A stretch of 64,000 bases of DNA. Source: Azolla caroliniana (taxonomy: Eukaryota; Plantae; Polypodiophyta). This document shows, in pieces, positions 11,162 through 22,100 of this stretch (the stretch's first letter is position 1; every line of letters begins with the position of its first letter). The notes below the pieces were generated by a model that did not search any database, was not told where the DNA came from, and worked only from the letters and a program-made list of their open reading frames with translations. A program made the position numbers and the translations under genes. Where the stretch lies: contig JBHGNT010000007.1 in assembly GCA_043228905.1 (NCBI GenBank), positions 21,886,001-21,950,000 of the forward strand. The letters run 5' to 3'.

Positions 11162-14100
11162 CCCCCCCCTCACACACACACACTATGTACCCCATATACA
11201 CCATATGTATATATCTATGTACCGTGTATGGATTTCAATCATACTTGGAGCCTTTTCACATATGAGTATGATACGAATATTGGCGTTTGAGTATGACACG
11301 AATGGGACGTATGGCTAGAACTATGTAACCAACTTGACGAGATTTTATGACAAGAAATTTCCTAAAAATGTCAAGAATGCAACGAAATACAATGTCAGTT
11401 CTATCAACAAAAGTTCCTAGTTTGATCAATGTTAGCAATGCAACTATAAGAGGACAGTCAATGAAAACCATGAGATCATTCAATTTGAACCCTACTACTC
11501 CTGGGGATTCAAAATCTTTGAATGGAGAAAGTAGAACCTGGCTGCTCTATGCATCTAGCCATGATTGAAGACCCCACTTTCCCTTGGACAGTACATAGAC
11601 CAATTTAATAGGTTAAGAGCCAGTGATTATAGTTTTCATGAGGAAGATTCTCTAAGAGGAATGAATGCTAACATGCTCGTAAAGAAAGGCATCGTATTCC
11701 ACTGCATCATGGCCTTACTCTGGACTTATTGACCCTTGTTTTCACCACCTTATGTCTCATCTCAAGATAAACTACTAATCTAATGATTTTTTACAAAAAA
11801 TCAAAAGGAAAAATTTGCAGAAATATCGATAATACACAGTTGGTACTTAAGCAGAGATTGCTTTTGCAAGTGGAATATATATATATTTATGAAAAGTCAA
11901 CAAAGATGTGGAATAGCTTCCCAATCATCTCAATATAAGTTGCCAATCCCCAACAGATGGCACAGTTTGTTGGTGAATTACCAGAGCTCAACCCCCCAAA
12001 AACTCAATACTTTTTTCCCAAAGCAAACAAGTTTAGAATGGCTGGCCTCAAAAAACTGAATAGTTATTTTCCACAGCATTTAGAGGTATTATACAATTCA
12101 GGGTTGCAAACAAGTATTTCACATAACTAGAAACATATCTTCAAATTCCTCCCAAGCATCCTTTTCCCATACAAGATCCTAGATTTGTTGGAGGGCGACA
12201 GACCTAGAATTAATTTCTCCCTTCTACAATATCCTTTTTGTTGATCATAACAGCCCATTTTGGTCTCTTAAAATGACGCCTCAAAAGGTACTCAAGGTTG
12301 GCACTTATGTCGTCAAAACAACTTGCTGAACATGTCATTGCTAGTATGGTGAAATGCAAAAATGGTTGTTCAAGTCACATAGCATAAGCGTAAATGCACT
12401 ACCCCTTTCCCATATAGCTTGGATTATCCCCATCTAAACATGACCAAAGTGGAAAAGAATAGAATGCCCTGAATTGATATTATTAACTTGGAAAACAAGA
12501 CAACACAAATCAGCCCCAAAATATCACTTGTAGGAAGATGGGACACTATAAAACACACTTCTTGCACATATCGGAGGATGGATTCATCATGAAACCATCT
12601 TAGATGGACATAAAATCTATCCTATGCACCGCACAATGTGATAGGGCAGCTGTGAACTTCATGACATCAGTTAGAGATTGAGGTAGGCAGATATGCACAA
12701 ATACCTCTAGAAGAAAGAATTTGCCAATTGTGTCAGCAAGGGTGATAGGGCAGCTGTGAACTTCATGACATCAGTTAGAGATTGAGGTAGGCAGATATGC
12801 ACAAATACCGATAGAAGAAAGAATTTGCCAATTGTGTCAGCAAGGGTGGAATCCAAAAAACACTATGCCACTATAGTGTTTTTATGAAATAAGCAGTAGA
12901 TACCATTGCCCCTTTAAACAAGGCTTTGGCCCACTATGCAAGGTAATGGAATATGTGGACCAACGGTGCTTGGGCCTTTTCTTGCTAGAACTCAAGAGAC
13001 ACAAGGAAAAGTTATTGAAGGACAAGAGTACAGCCATACAAGCTCATCCACAAAGAACAATCACAACTTTCTTTAGCCTCATCACTCCTACTCATGCTAC
13101 AAGTCAATCAAAGGCTACCCAAATGGGCTCCCAACTAGGACATAACAAAGGGGTTACAATAGATCGTCCAATAGCAATTTGTCAAGCACATAGGCACCAG
13201 CCCCATAGACCATGATCTCACGAAACTTGTCATCAACTAACAGATAAAGGCCATTATCTCCGCCATTGAAGGTGCTTCCCTTGCTTCGGAGTCCTCTCCA
13301 TTCTGGATCGACCTATGCTAGATATCTTTTGAAGTCAAAAATTACAATATATCTGACTTGAGAATCTTGCATTTACCGATAACAAGATTCTTTAGTCTCC
13401 TTTTATCTTATTTACTTTTATGTTTACTTAGTAACATTTATTTGTATTATTTACTATTCATGCATTATTTGCCTACCTCAATCTCTAACTGATGTGATGA
13501 AGTTCACAGCTGCCTTATCACACTACACAAGGGTCAGATAGATGTATGTTCATATAAGATGGCCCGAGGGATAAATATATCCTCTGTTGTGCGTAAAAAG
13601 TGTGTCATGTAGTGGACCGTCATCCTACCAAGTGATATTTTCGGGCTAATCCATGTTATCTTGTTTTCCGAGTTAATTTTATTAGTTCGGATCAATCTAT
13701 TCTTTTCCACTTTGATCATGTTTAGATCGGGACAATCCAAGATATATTGGAATGGGGATAGTGCATTCATGCTTATGCCATGTGACTCAAACCATTGCTG
13801 CATTTAAGCATACCAATAATGAGTTTCTCCATGTTCAGCCAATTGTTTGGATGACATAAGTGCCAACCTTGGGTACCTTCCTTTAAGGAGCTCCCAAAGA
13901 TGTTGGATACAGGTCATTGATTGGAATAATGCCTCAGTGATTATAGGGGCTGCTCCTATCTCTGCCCAAATTATATCATGGGGCACTAGTGCTTTGCTCC
14001 TTATCATGCGGACAATCATTGACACTAAAGGTCTCTCTAAATCTTTCAAGTAATTCACCTTGTTTAGACTCAGTCCCCACGTTTCTACTCCATATATAAG

Positions 14101-17100
14101 AGTTGGTGTCACAAGTGTATCAAATAGCCAAAGTTTAGTTCATGGCTCTTGGATCTGCAAATGTGCAAATTGTCTTTCGAGAGCACCGAAGGCTGCATAT
14201 CCACTAAGGAATTCGGGCACAAGCAACCTCCCATAAGGAGAACCTAGGCCTTGTAAATGTCATTCCTAGGTATGTGTAGGAGTGTGTGTATTCCACCTTT
14301 TCCTCTCCCAAGAAGAATTCTGGTTCTAATTTTGTTACCCATGCTTGAGCGGTGTTAAACACCATCACTTTAATTTTTCCATGTTTAAAACCTTTGTCCA
14401 TACAAAATACTTTTAAGACATTTAGATGTCTTTGTAGTCCCTCTAGAGAGTCAGAAATCAGCATAATATCATCAGCATATAGTAATATTTGTATAGCTAT
14501 ACCCAATAGGCATGCTCTTGAACCCCCGAATCTCTCTATGTAATGTGATACCTCATCTATATATAGAGATCAAAGAGAGTGAGTGATAGTGGGCATCCTT
14601 GTTTCACTCTGATTGTGCTAGCCACCGCCTCTAACAAACACTTGGGAGACCACACTTTTCCTGACACAAATTCATAGTGCATAGATTCCCCGCTGCATAT
14701 TTGTAGGACACCAAGGGCTTCTTACCATTGCATAAGCCAAGTACGCAGCGGAGTGTCGAATGATTTTCGGAAATTCACAAAGCAGCAATAGATCCTCTTA
14801 TTATGGGCTCTTCCCTCCTCAATAAGGGCTCAGAGGGTCAATATGTGATCCAAAGTTGTGAGCCCCTTCCGAAATCCTGCCTGTCCAGCTGAACGGCAGC
14901 GATTTCGCTCTGCCCATATACTCAATTCTGAGACTGGAATTGAGCCATATAGTTTATCCAAGTAATGGCCAGTCATAATTGTTCTATAGTTGCTTGGAGT
15001 CATGGGATCTCCACTCTTAGGGATTGGCACAATGGTATGTTCTGTCCATCTAGTAGGGAAACCTTCACAAATGGCTCTATTCAAGATGTGTGCCAGCAAT
15101 GGGAACAAGATGTCGCGCACATAGATAAAGAGCTCACCAACCAATCCATCATGATCCTGGGCCTTCCCAAATTGTAACCGATCAATGGCATTTCTTACAT
15201 TTTGTGGAGTAAAAAAGGTGGATTCATGTGGGGTTGAGCCATGCGAGTGGGGAGGTGGAGTCTGCCCTGGGATATCATATAGGACCTTAGCATATTCATG
15301 CCACACCTGAAATGAGTCCACCTGTTTGGTAGGTTGCCTCTCATTAAACGTTTTCCATGCTCTTTTACTTTCTTGTCCTAGAAACAAGCAGAAGAGAAAA
15401 ACAGCACATTTTTATGTGCACAAAACAAAGATTTCCAACTTGAATTATGTTCAAGTATACATCATTTCTAGCTATTTATACTTATCCCCATTCCCTCTTA
15501 TCCAGTGCAAATTCATACTTCAAAACTTTAGAATTGGATCTTGGCTATTTATTTCAATTAAATTAGCCGAAATAAAATGCATATCTTTGCAAGGTTTCAT
15601 GCAAGTTGGATATGTTGGAAGTTAATCCAAGCTTATATTTGGTTGGGTGAGGGGGTTAAATGAAACTAGGAAACTTCGAGAAGTCTCAACATATCTAATG
15701 AGCACACAACCATTCAAACTTCAAATGGCAAAGACTCTTACTCAAAGTGAGAACAGCTCTAGTCTGCGGTGAAATCTTGAAAAAGGCAGAAAGGAAAGCC
15801 TTCAAGTATTTCTCTTCTGCATGTGAATCAAATGGAGGCACCACATATGATTCAATCCATAGAGAATTATCCACCTGTAGTGAAAATAGTGTAATGCCTC
15901 ATCATTTGAAATCCATAAACGAGTAAACATTGGGATACTAGCAACAAATCTTAAGTACACTAATCGTTTGATTACATCACCCATTTAAGGCCAAATTGTA
16001 CTAAATAGTTCCGACACCTAGTAGAATCACCCACATCTACTTCCACCTAGTAGATTTTGTTCATCTGCTGGGCCAAGATGGGAATAAATCTCCACAACTA
16101 GCTTTTTATCAACATGAAACTATGTCTGACTAGCATTTAGCAATGCCAAGCTCTCTCTATCAATTCACTGATAACAATAAATTTCAAATATATACCCTGA
16201 CTCCATGGCTAGCTGACATTTATGAATTGTAAGCAACAGATTGAAATTGTAAAAACTATGTTCAAACATTTTGCCAACACATTTATGTCCATCGTAAAAA
16301 TACTTTGGATTCCCTGCGCACTACTTGGCTAAGATCATATTAAACTCCATGCCTAACTGATATTAAACAATGCCAAACAATATAAAAAACACCGTTTAAA
16401 ATGCAAGCTATGTACCCTGAATCCATGAGTTGATGACATATCCATGGCCCATGCTTTGATATCGGAAGCCTTCTTTCCAAAAACCCCGCCAGGAACATTT
16501 GGAGCGTCGTTGAAAGCAGCAAAAGCCAAGACCTCATCATCCGAGGACAGACCCAGAAGAGAGTAGAGAGAATCCTCTCTACACAAAATGAAGAGAGACA
16601 AAAAACGAATTCAGCAGCAGAAGTTGAAAAAGAAAGAAAAAAACAGGGAGATTTTCAGATAAAAAAGGGGAAAGGAAAATGGGCATTCAGAAATTTGATA
16701 ATAAATTAAAATAGCATTAATTTTCACATAATGAGGGGAAGAATAAATAAATAAGTTACTGTTGATTAAGTAGAAATAAATCGTGAAGAAAGAAGGCATT
16801 CATGAAAGAGATTTGGAAGAATGCATGGAAATCAGATCAAAAAGAGGAGGGAAGAAAACGAAATAATAATTAGAGAATGCCCTGATTTTGTTTCCTTCTT
16901 TCCCAGTATGGCCCTACGTTTCCTTCATCCTCAAAAGCCCCTGCTTCTCGAGCAATTATAACATTGTAGAGTCTTAAAACTTGCCTAGTTATAATATCGG
17001 AAAAGGCTGCATGTCTAGTTCATGCGTTGTGATCTGTAATGCATAAAAAGCCCCCCCTCCCTCCCTATTGATCTCAAATAGATCAATACCATTCATAGGA

Positions 17101-17846
17101 CACTCCCAGCAGGATAATAATGATCCAGAATGCATCGTACAATATCCAGAGTGGTTGAGCAATTACATGGTCAAATTCATCTCCATTTCCTCATTATACT
17201 GCTAGGTGAACAATTATTCCGGAAACCATCCCCCTTTTTTCTCAGCTTGATCAGGACCATCCGGGAAAAACTCTGGGCAAATGCACCCCATCTCTACCCG
17301 TTTCCTCATTACACTGCTAGGTGAACAATTATTCCTGAAACCATCCCCCTTTTTTTCAGCTTGATCAGGACCATCCGGGAAAATAATGGAAACTCTGGGC
17401 GAATGCACCCCTTCTCTACCAGTTATAAGGACTATTTCAGCAATTGCATAATCAATTCATCTCCTTTTCCAATCCTGCTTCCTATGTTATGGGGAATTCA
17501 TCACCCCTCGTCTCGGAGTTGGATGGGGGGGGCAATTAGGACAAATGACAAATGACAAAGTCTTAGGTACATTCGAGTAAAATAACAAACTTAAGAGGGG
17601 GCATCCGGAGAAATTAAAGAGAAACAGAAACTCAGGCATTGCTATCTCAGAGAATTCTCCTGGGAGTAACAACTAAAAAAAAAAAAACGAACTTTTGATT
17701 CTCGAAAACCCGAAAGGAAAAAGGGGAAGGGGGAGTTACATGAGCTTGGAGAAGTCATGGCGATGGGGAGAAGATCGGAAGGAGGCCTCCACGGCAAGAG
17801 AATCGGTGGGCTCTGCAACTCGCACGTGAAATCCTCGAGGATCCAT
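513..17846 (-). CDS. CFAP61: Cilia- and flagella-associated protein 61, 5' exons (gene probably continues past the left edge)
   Basis: Hand-spliced GT-AG exons with consistent phases: 17846-17740 (MDPRGFHVRVAEPTDS..), 16578-16416 (EDSLYSLL..AFAAFNDAP), 15874-15742 (VDNSLWIESYVV..), 5888-5801, 3525-3330 (NPRFNIRLAVVEDYDDLCPIV..LARLIATQDVDNRVLVAE), 834-730 (VDSKPVGMIAVT..FQLDTYNGL), 621-513 (least certain). The motifs match the CFAP61 N-terminal domain as I recall it (..VRKARVEDHDDL.PIF). Confidence 0.8.
5110..5530 (+). mobile_element. 5'-truncated LINE 3' end (family B)
   Basis: Colinear with 13125-13445, which follows a decayed RTEX-type ORF2 C-terminus, and ends in the shared 3' stem-loop sequence. 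Confidence 0.7.
6335..6420 (+). mobile_element. Very short 5'-truncated LINE 3' end (family B) with (CT)n-rich tail
   Basis: tgttctcaaagacgag..ggtcttataggccattttggcctcttaaaagacattaatat is closely similar to 5441-5530. Confidence 0.65.
6803..7672 (+). CDS. LINE ORF1 protein (coiled coil + RRM-like nucleic-acid-binding domain)
   Basis: 289 aa; heptad-rich N-half, then RERRSKNIVVRGIKEE..AHRVGK..RPIVCTM..VSEDRT, typical of LINE ORF1p. Confidence 0.85.
   Translation: MANTRKTAAKFGGMIDNEPRSPTNLDSNAMDKMLMSHLISLQETINKQGEEIRMLMKENTKLQSVVIENESLKQVVAKLQEEIQECKRASFETNERLNKIELKEALKEEKLDTMRRDVSEMKNVCTTKSWADVCGGDVLSNSSNMHVMHQEKNIESIDVRELKERERRSKNIVVRGIKEESMETPASLGKAIGEFFSMHYGMSDVNVYGAHRVGKHGVTRSGERPIVCTMTDDTKWRIILENSWVYLKGTQCFVSEDRTISQQNARRKAYEERLKNKVKDVPKDGNVGK
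7679..11053 (+). CDS. LINE ORF2: AP endonuclease + reverse transcriptase + C-terminal Cys/His motif
   Basis: APE motifs WNCNG, LVETW, GDMNAR, SVIDY, SDH; RT motifs NYRTI, QAGFR, FVDFKKAFD, GVKQGCPLSP, LLYADD, FKYLG; RTEX-type C-terminus CETGRW..RLCTLC..ESEYHTLIQC. The ORF begins at GTG, not ATG. Confidence 0.95.
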   Translation: MIYETNPRLLRLCFWNCNGYPWNAGFGIEEFTNDSDITLLVETWEHDTQRIQGLGNYNVHSLIWKKNPRQRRGQGGVACLIKKEIEKYVSIIKNDENKCYIWLKIETPNDLPTFVVGCYIPHQDSNFYACLDKDQPFANLEDDIAYFKSKGEVIVFGDMNARTRSFQLDSQESFMPHISRMQEDMQMYNRSSSDEKDPDQFGKLLLQMCNSTGLLIANGISLWPNTNGFTCRKYNGNSVIDYVLLSEGILDRIHKFSLGEWTPESDHRPLCIDLKCMHRFDCEKAIEDNKQPHLSMNLKRAPMYSKMVEDMLQMTKIQHGATLECKWEAFKKVILSCTNKCFSTNRTSWKCTKKLRKKWFDKECREARKCLMVLDVVKDKENYQKHLHEYKRLIQRKRRIWEVTQQFIQTQEKAHACAKFWGNLKGKRVESYGDLTLHDLSMHCKNLYELSLAGKMMCYGSLSHMPSFFTIEDICIGLKKLASRKASDLQCIKAEMLKWTGKEAHIWISDMFNDALQHGMPYDWTTNWIKPLHKGGDINNVNNYRTIMVGSLMAKLFGCIMESKISVWAEKSGKRAYGQAGFRKHHSTIDHLITLRVLMEESRLRGKGLYCCFVDFKKAFDMVPREHLWRRMEELEVPSEYMLAISRIYEKVICCVRMKDKLSDFFKSTIGVKQGCPLSPTLFGLCIDELEEMVTKFAKEECVEEVAIGNVVIMLLLYADDVVLFANTLGDAQKLMKALEKFCMHTKLSVNSSKTKIMLVKSQKRDKPCIMYNNEPLECVESFKYLGLEVPSNHRWNECATRRLEAGKRAYYAFENTCNLGDIKCWVLKKYLFDTLVTPVLLYGVEVWGGSIPNSMWKDFENVQKHFLTKFLQVKKQTPYTLLLLETGSLPIEIMAMERVVEYMLKVQKSPSHRLPRIAWEASKKIQKTHKSKILCSGWMQDIEKWFGRWDARHLLHDASLDSSVNEAFLQRQCIMTWDKCGGSRFTHYTTHVAPNYKTIFFAERGNRTHPYMLEPIPLSAIRTIASMRLSSHALRCETGRWGTSDESGRLCTLCPKQVRESEYHTLIQCSAFDHIRPCFPHLFDRAQSLHEFLSQPQCALSIATFIGKVLEHRESLLTFTRIT
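12290..13450 (+). pseudogene. Decayed LINE (family B): ORF2 C-terminus + 3' UTR
   Basis: Broken IGQL.TS.HQLEIEVGRY..RICQLCQQG motif with a ~105-bp internal duplication (12638-12847), followed by a 3' region matching 5110-5430. Confidence 0.75.
13465..15387 (-). pseudogene. Decayed LINE (family B) reverse transcriptase region
   Basis: Fragmented ORFs containing NYRTIM, QAGFRKG, ILLYADD, YTYLG, TPTLIYGVETWG, with stops and frameshifts. Confidence 0.9.
17183..17420. repeat. Tandem duplication (~115 bp x2) in CFAP61 intron 1
   Basis: ttcctcatta..ctgctaggtgaacaattattcc..cagcttgatcaggaccatccggga..ctctgggc..atgcacccc occurs twice. Confidence 0.8.
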
Positions 17847-18016
17847 CCCTGAGAGCAGAGAGAACGAAGAGAGACAGAGACAGAGAAGAGAGGGAAGAAT
17901 TTAAAGGCAGTTGCAATCCCATCGGGCGGATGTTTTTGAAAATTTGGGGGGTACCCTTACATATTATACGTGTATATATATATATACATATACATATAAC
18001 CTCATAAAAAGGTTTA

Positions 18017-18652
18017 TCAACTATTACATAAAAAGGAATCGTTGTCAATAACTTTCTTGGTACTACGGGGGGGCAAATGCATATCGCAAGTGCGTGCATT
18101 GTGACCAGCTTGACCACATTTGGAACATTTGCGACCGGTAGAGTACTCAAATAATGACTTCTCCCTTTGGTTGGCCTTTTTGTTCTTTGACCCTGTAGGG
18201 CGACCTCGCTTCCTAGTCACCACCACTGGATTGGAGAGAGACTGTAGTGGTGCCTGACTTGCTTCATCCAATCGTGTCATGAGAACAGCAACTTGGTCAT
18301 CGTCAGTTTCATACAATCTTTGCTCGATGTTCCTCATCAAACGCTTTCTAGGAGACAAACATGGCTCAGCTATAGCGGCGCGTTTCAACCATTGAACACG
18401 CAATCAAGTGCCATTGACGGTGAATATCTTCAATATGGAATCTTTCATTTCTTTGGATGCATCTCAAAATGTCATGACAACATGGGACGCCAAAACTTGA
18501 TCGAAACAACCCCGTACATTCATCACCATAATTGTTGTCAATAACTTTCTTGTACTGCTCCAGTAACTTGTCTAATGCGTGTTTGGATATCTTCTTTACT
18601 AGCTGCCTCATGAACTCGAGTGCATGTCGATGTGCCTGTGTAGACTTGTCAG
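18017..18652 (-). pseudogene. Mutator-like (MULE) transposase, C-terminal part
   Basis: ISKHAL..ECTGLFRSSFGVPCCH (SWIM-like)..QWHL, RGRP, CSKCGQAGHNARTC zinc knuckle; frameshifted; rejoins 25774+ in frame when the gypsy element is removed (..KMESD|KSTQAH..). Confidence 0.85.
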
Positions 18653-19126
18653 TGTTAAGAGTCTATTACTAATCAATAGACCAAATCAAGTAAAAAGGAA
18701 GAAAATAGATTGGATAGAAGAACCCGTTCCACCCGACCACCCCCGAGCTATGATCTAGACATAGCCAACCTACCACCGACGTCCCATACCGCCGGATATT
18801 AGGATGACTAATACCTTGGAAGAGATAAACACGATCGTCGAGACGAAAGCCTAGCCCGCACCACCGGTGTCTACGACAGCAGCCTTCCGACGTGATGATC
18901 TCTATGAGGGTAGCTAAGCCTCATATTTATACCTTTTCCTAGGCCCCTTGAATAGATGTGCCTTTCTAAAAGGCTCTCTATTCATTGGTTGTCTAAATCA
19001 TGATAGTGCATGCACATATCATTCATTCTATCCAATCATTAGTCCCCTTTTTAATAATAGTGAACATACCCTTCACTAATGTAAATATTAGTGACCTACC
19101 CTCACCAACGTTATGTGTACATAACA
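18653..19126 (-). repeat. 3' LTR of gypsy element
   Basis: No differences from 25300-25773 seen by eye; TGTTA..TAACA ends. Confidence 0.95.
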
Positions 19127-19133
19127 TACTCCC

Positions 19134-22100
19134 CTACTTCAAAAGATTGCACTCTTGCAATATAAAGTGAGGAAATTGTGCCTTAAGCGAATGCTCGCAT
19201 TCCCATGTGGCATCATCAATAGGTTTATCCATCCATTTGATCTTGAATAGCCGAATCTCTTTAGAACGTAAACGTTTAGTACGAGAATCAAGAATTCGTT
19301 CAGGAACATGAGGTTTGTAAGAAAAATCCTCTAATGTTACAAGATCTTGGATTGTGATGGTGTTATCACCAGAGCCTAAAAATGGTTTTAGACGACTGAC
19401 GTGAAAAACAGGATGAATACCAACGTTACGAGGTAAGGCAAGGTGATAAGCAGATGACCCAACTCGCTTAAGGATTTCAAATGGGCCACAATATCGTGGG
19501 GCTAACTTAGCGCACTTGCCCGTAGATAATGACGTAGAATCAGTCGGGACACGCAAAAAAAACTTTTTGACCAATAGTAAATGCACGAGGACGTCTATCC
19601 TGATCAGCATAAAATCGAGCACGATCTTGAGCTGTCTTGACATTTTCTTTGGCAATATGCAACATTTGGTTCATGTCTTGCAAAAAATTGTGTGTACTGT
19701 CTAATGTATCACGATGAATCGTGACATCAACTGGGGCACGTGGCTGAAAACCATACATCAACATAAAAGGACTATATCCAGTGGATGTATGTTTAGAGCT
19801 ATTATAGGCAAATTCTAAGATAGGAAGGTATTGCTCCCACTTAGAAGGGGTTTTTGCTACATAAGCTCGAAGCATGTCCTCAATAATTTGATTAACTCGT
19901 TCAGTTTGTCCATCAGACTGAGGATGATCTGCGGAACCCATGCTCAACGTAGTTTCTAGTTTCTTAAAGACCTGAGTCCAAAAGTCACTAGTAAACTTGG
20001 AATCTCGATCACTAACAATATCCATCGGTAATCCATAAAAACGAAATAACTCATCAACAAATTGATAAGCCAACTGTTGAGCGGTTACCGTGGTTTTTGT
20101 AGGAATAAATCTAGCTAATTTTGTTAGCCTGTCAACGACAACCCATATGGCATCATGACCCTTCTGTGGACGAGGTAAACTAACAATAAAATCCATCGAG
20201 ATACTTTCCCATTTATTGTTGGGAATATCTAAGGGATGTAAAAGACCAGCAGCTTTAAGTCGTTCCGACTTATTAATCTGACATTGTAAGCATTGAGCTA
20301 CGTATTTATGCACGTCAGAGCGCATCTTAGGCCAGAAAAAAGTACACGAGATGAGAACGAGTGTGCGTTGTATTCCAGGATGACCAGCAGATGGTGCATC
20401 ATGACATTCATGAAAAATTTTCTGTTTAACATTTGGTAAATCTGGAACACAGACCTTTCCACTACGGTAGAGCAAACCGTTTGTAATGTGAAAGGTCGCC
20501 TTCGAGGGTAGGGTGCTAGTATCGGCATCTAAACCAGATTCGGCTTTCGTCCAGTATTTTGAGAAATAACTGTCATCAAGGTATTTCCCTCGAAGGTGAT
20601 CTAAAAGATCAGATTTTATTTCCGTGAAGCTAAGCATGTTAACTTCTTTAATGCGACTAAGAGCATCAGCAACGGTGTTCATAGAACCCTTGCGATATCG
20701 TATGGAAAAATCAAAATCTTGCATAAGGTCAGCCCAACGGCCTTTACGACCAACAAGATCGGGCTGGTCACAAAAATACTTTAATGATTGATGGTCTGTT
20801 GTAACCACAAATTTATTTCCATAGAGATAGTGCCTCCATGTTTTAAGTGCGTGTATCACCGCAAACAACTCTTTCTCTTGAACCGAATACCGAGATTGAG
20901 CAGCATCAAGCTTCTTACTTTCAAAAGCAATAGGGTGACCACCTTGATAAAGAACGGCACCAATAGCATAATCACTAGCATCGGTTTCAATTGAGAAAGG
21001 CTTAGAAGGGTCTGGTAATAGAAGAGTGGGAGCCTGACACACATGCTCCTTGAGTGTCTCAAATGATTTGTCAAGTTGTTCATTCCATGAAATTGGTTTG
21101 ACAGACTTACGTGGATGACCTTTTAAAAGGTCAGTTAATGGCGTAGTCAATTTGGAATAGTTACGAATTGATTTTCGTAAAAATCCAACAAACCCTAAGA
21201 ATGATCTAAGTTCACGAATATTACGAGGAATGGGCCAAAGTTTAACCTTTTCAATACGAGAAGGTTCAATTTCAACGCCATTTTCTGTAATTAAATGACC
21301 TAGGTACACAATAGATTTTTAGAAGAAGTCACATTTTGAATGTTTTGCATAGAAAGAGTTGTCACGCAACTTTCGCAAAACAAATCGAACATGTTGAACA
21401 TGATCTTGCAAGGTACGGCTATATATCAAAATATCATCCAAGAAGACGACAACAAAATCACCGAGTTGATCTCGGAAAACATCATTCATCGCTTGTTGCA
21501 ATGTGGCTGGAGCATTAGTCAACCCAAACGGCATGACTAAAAACTCATAATGGCCATAGCGCGTACGAAAAGCGGTTTTAGGAATATCATCCTCGGCGAT
21601 GCGAATCTGATGATAACCAGTTCGTAAGTCAATTTTCGTAAAATATCGAGCCCCGTGCAAACGATCAATCAAATCATCGGCACGAGGTAATGGATATGCA
21701 TTCTTAATTGTCATTTTATTCAAACGGCGATAATTGATACACATTCGCCACGAACCTTCCTTCTTCTTGACTAATAGAACTGGCGCACCCCAAGGTGATT
21801 TACTATACCTAATGTGGCCCATACTCAAGTATTCCTTAAGTTGTTTAGCGATCTCATCCTCTTCTAATCGACTAAGTCGGTAAGGTGGAATGCTCACAGG
21901 AGCAGCCCCAGGGATGAGTTCAATTTGATGGTCCACATTACGTTTAGGTGGTAAAGTAAGCGGTAATTTAGTAGGAAACACATCTTGAAAATCCTCTAAA
22001 ATAGAGTCGAGTAATCGTTGCTCAAAATGTGGTAATTGTGTGGCATCAATATTAAAATAATAAAATTGAACCGCAGGATCAATTACACACGAATAAATTA

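Larger units (their letters stand above)
5990..11325. mobile_element. Non-autonomous hAT-type element (MITE) interrupted by LINE insertions
   Basis: 8-bp TSD TAACCAAC at 5982-5989 and 11326-11333; imperfect TIRs CATTGTTCCTA / TAGAACTATG; TACG/CGTA-rich subterminal motifs at both ends. Confidence 0.7.

Noticed and set aside
16196-16313. Candidate CFAP61 exon 3 with AG/GT borders
   Set aside because: Contains an in-frame TAG; exon 15874-15742 fits both phase and homology better.
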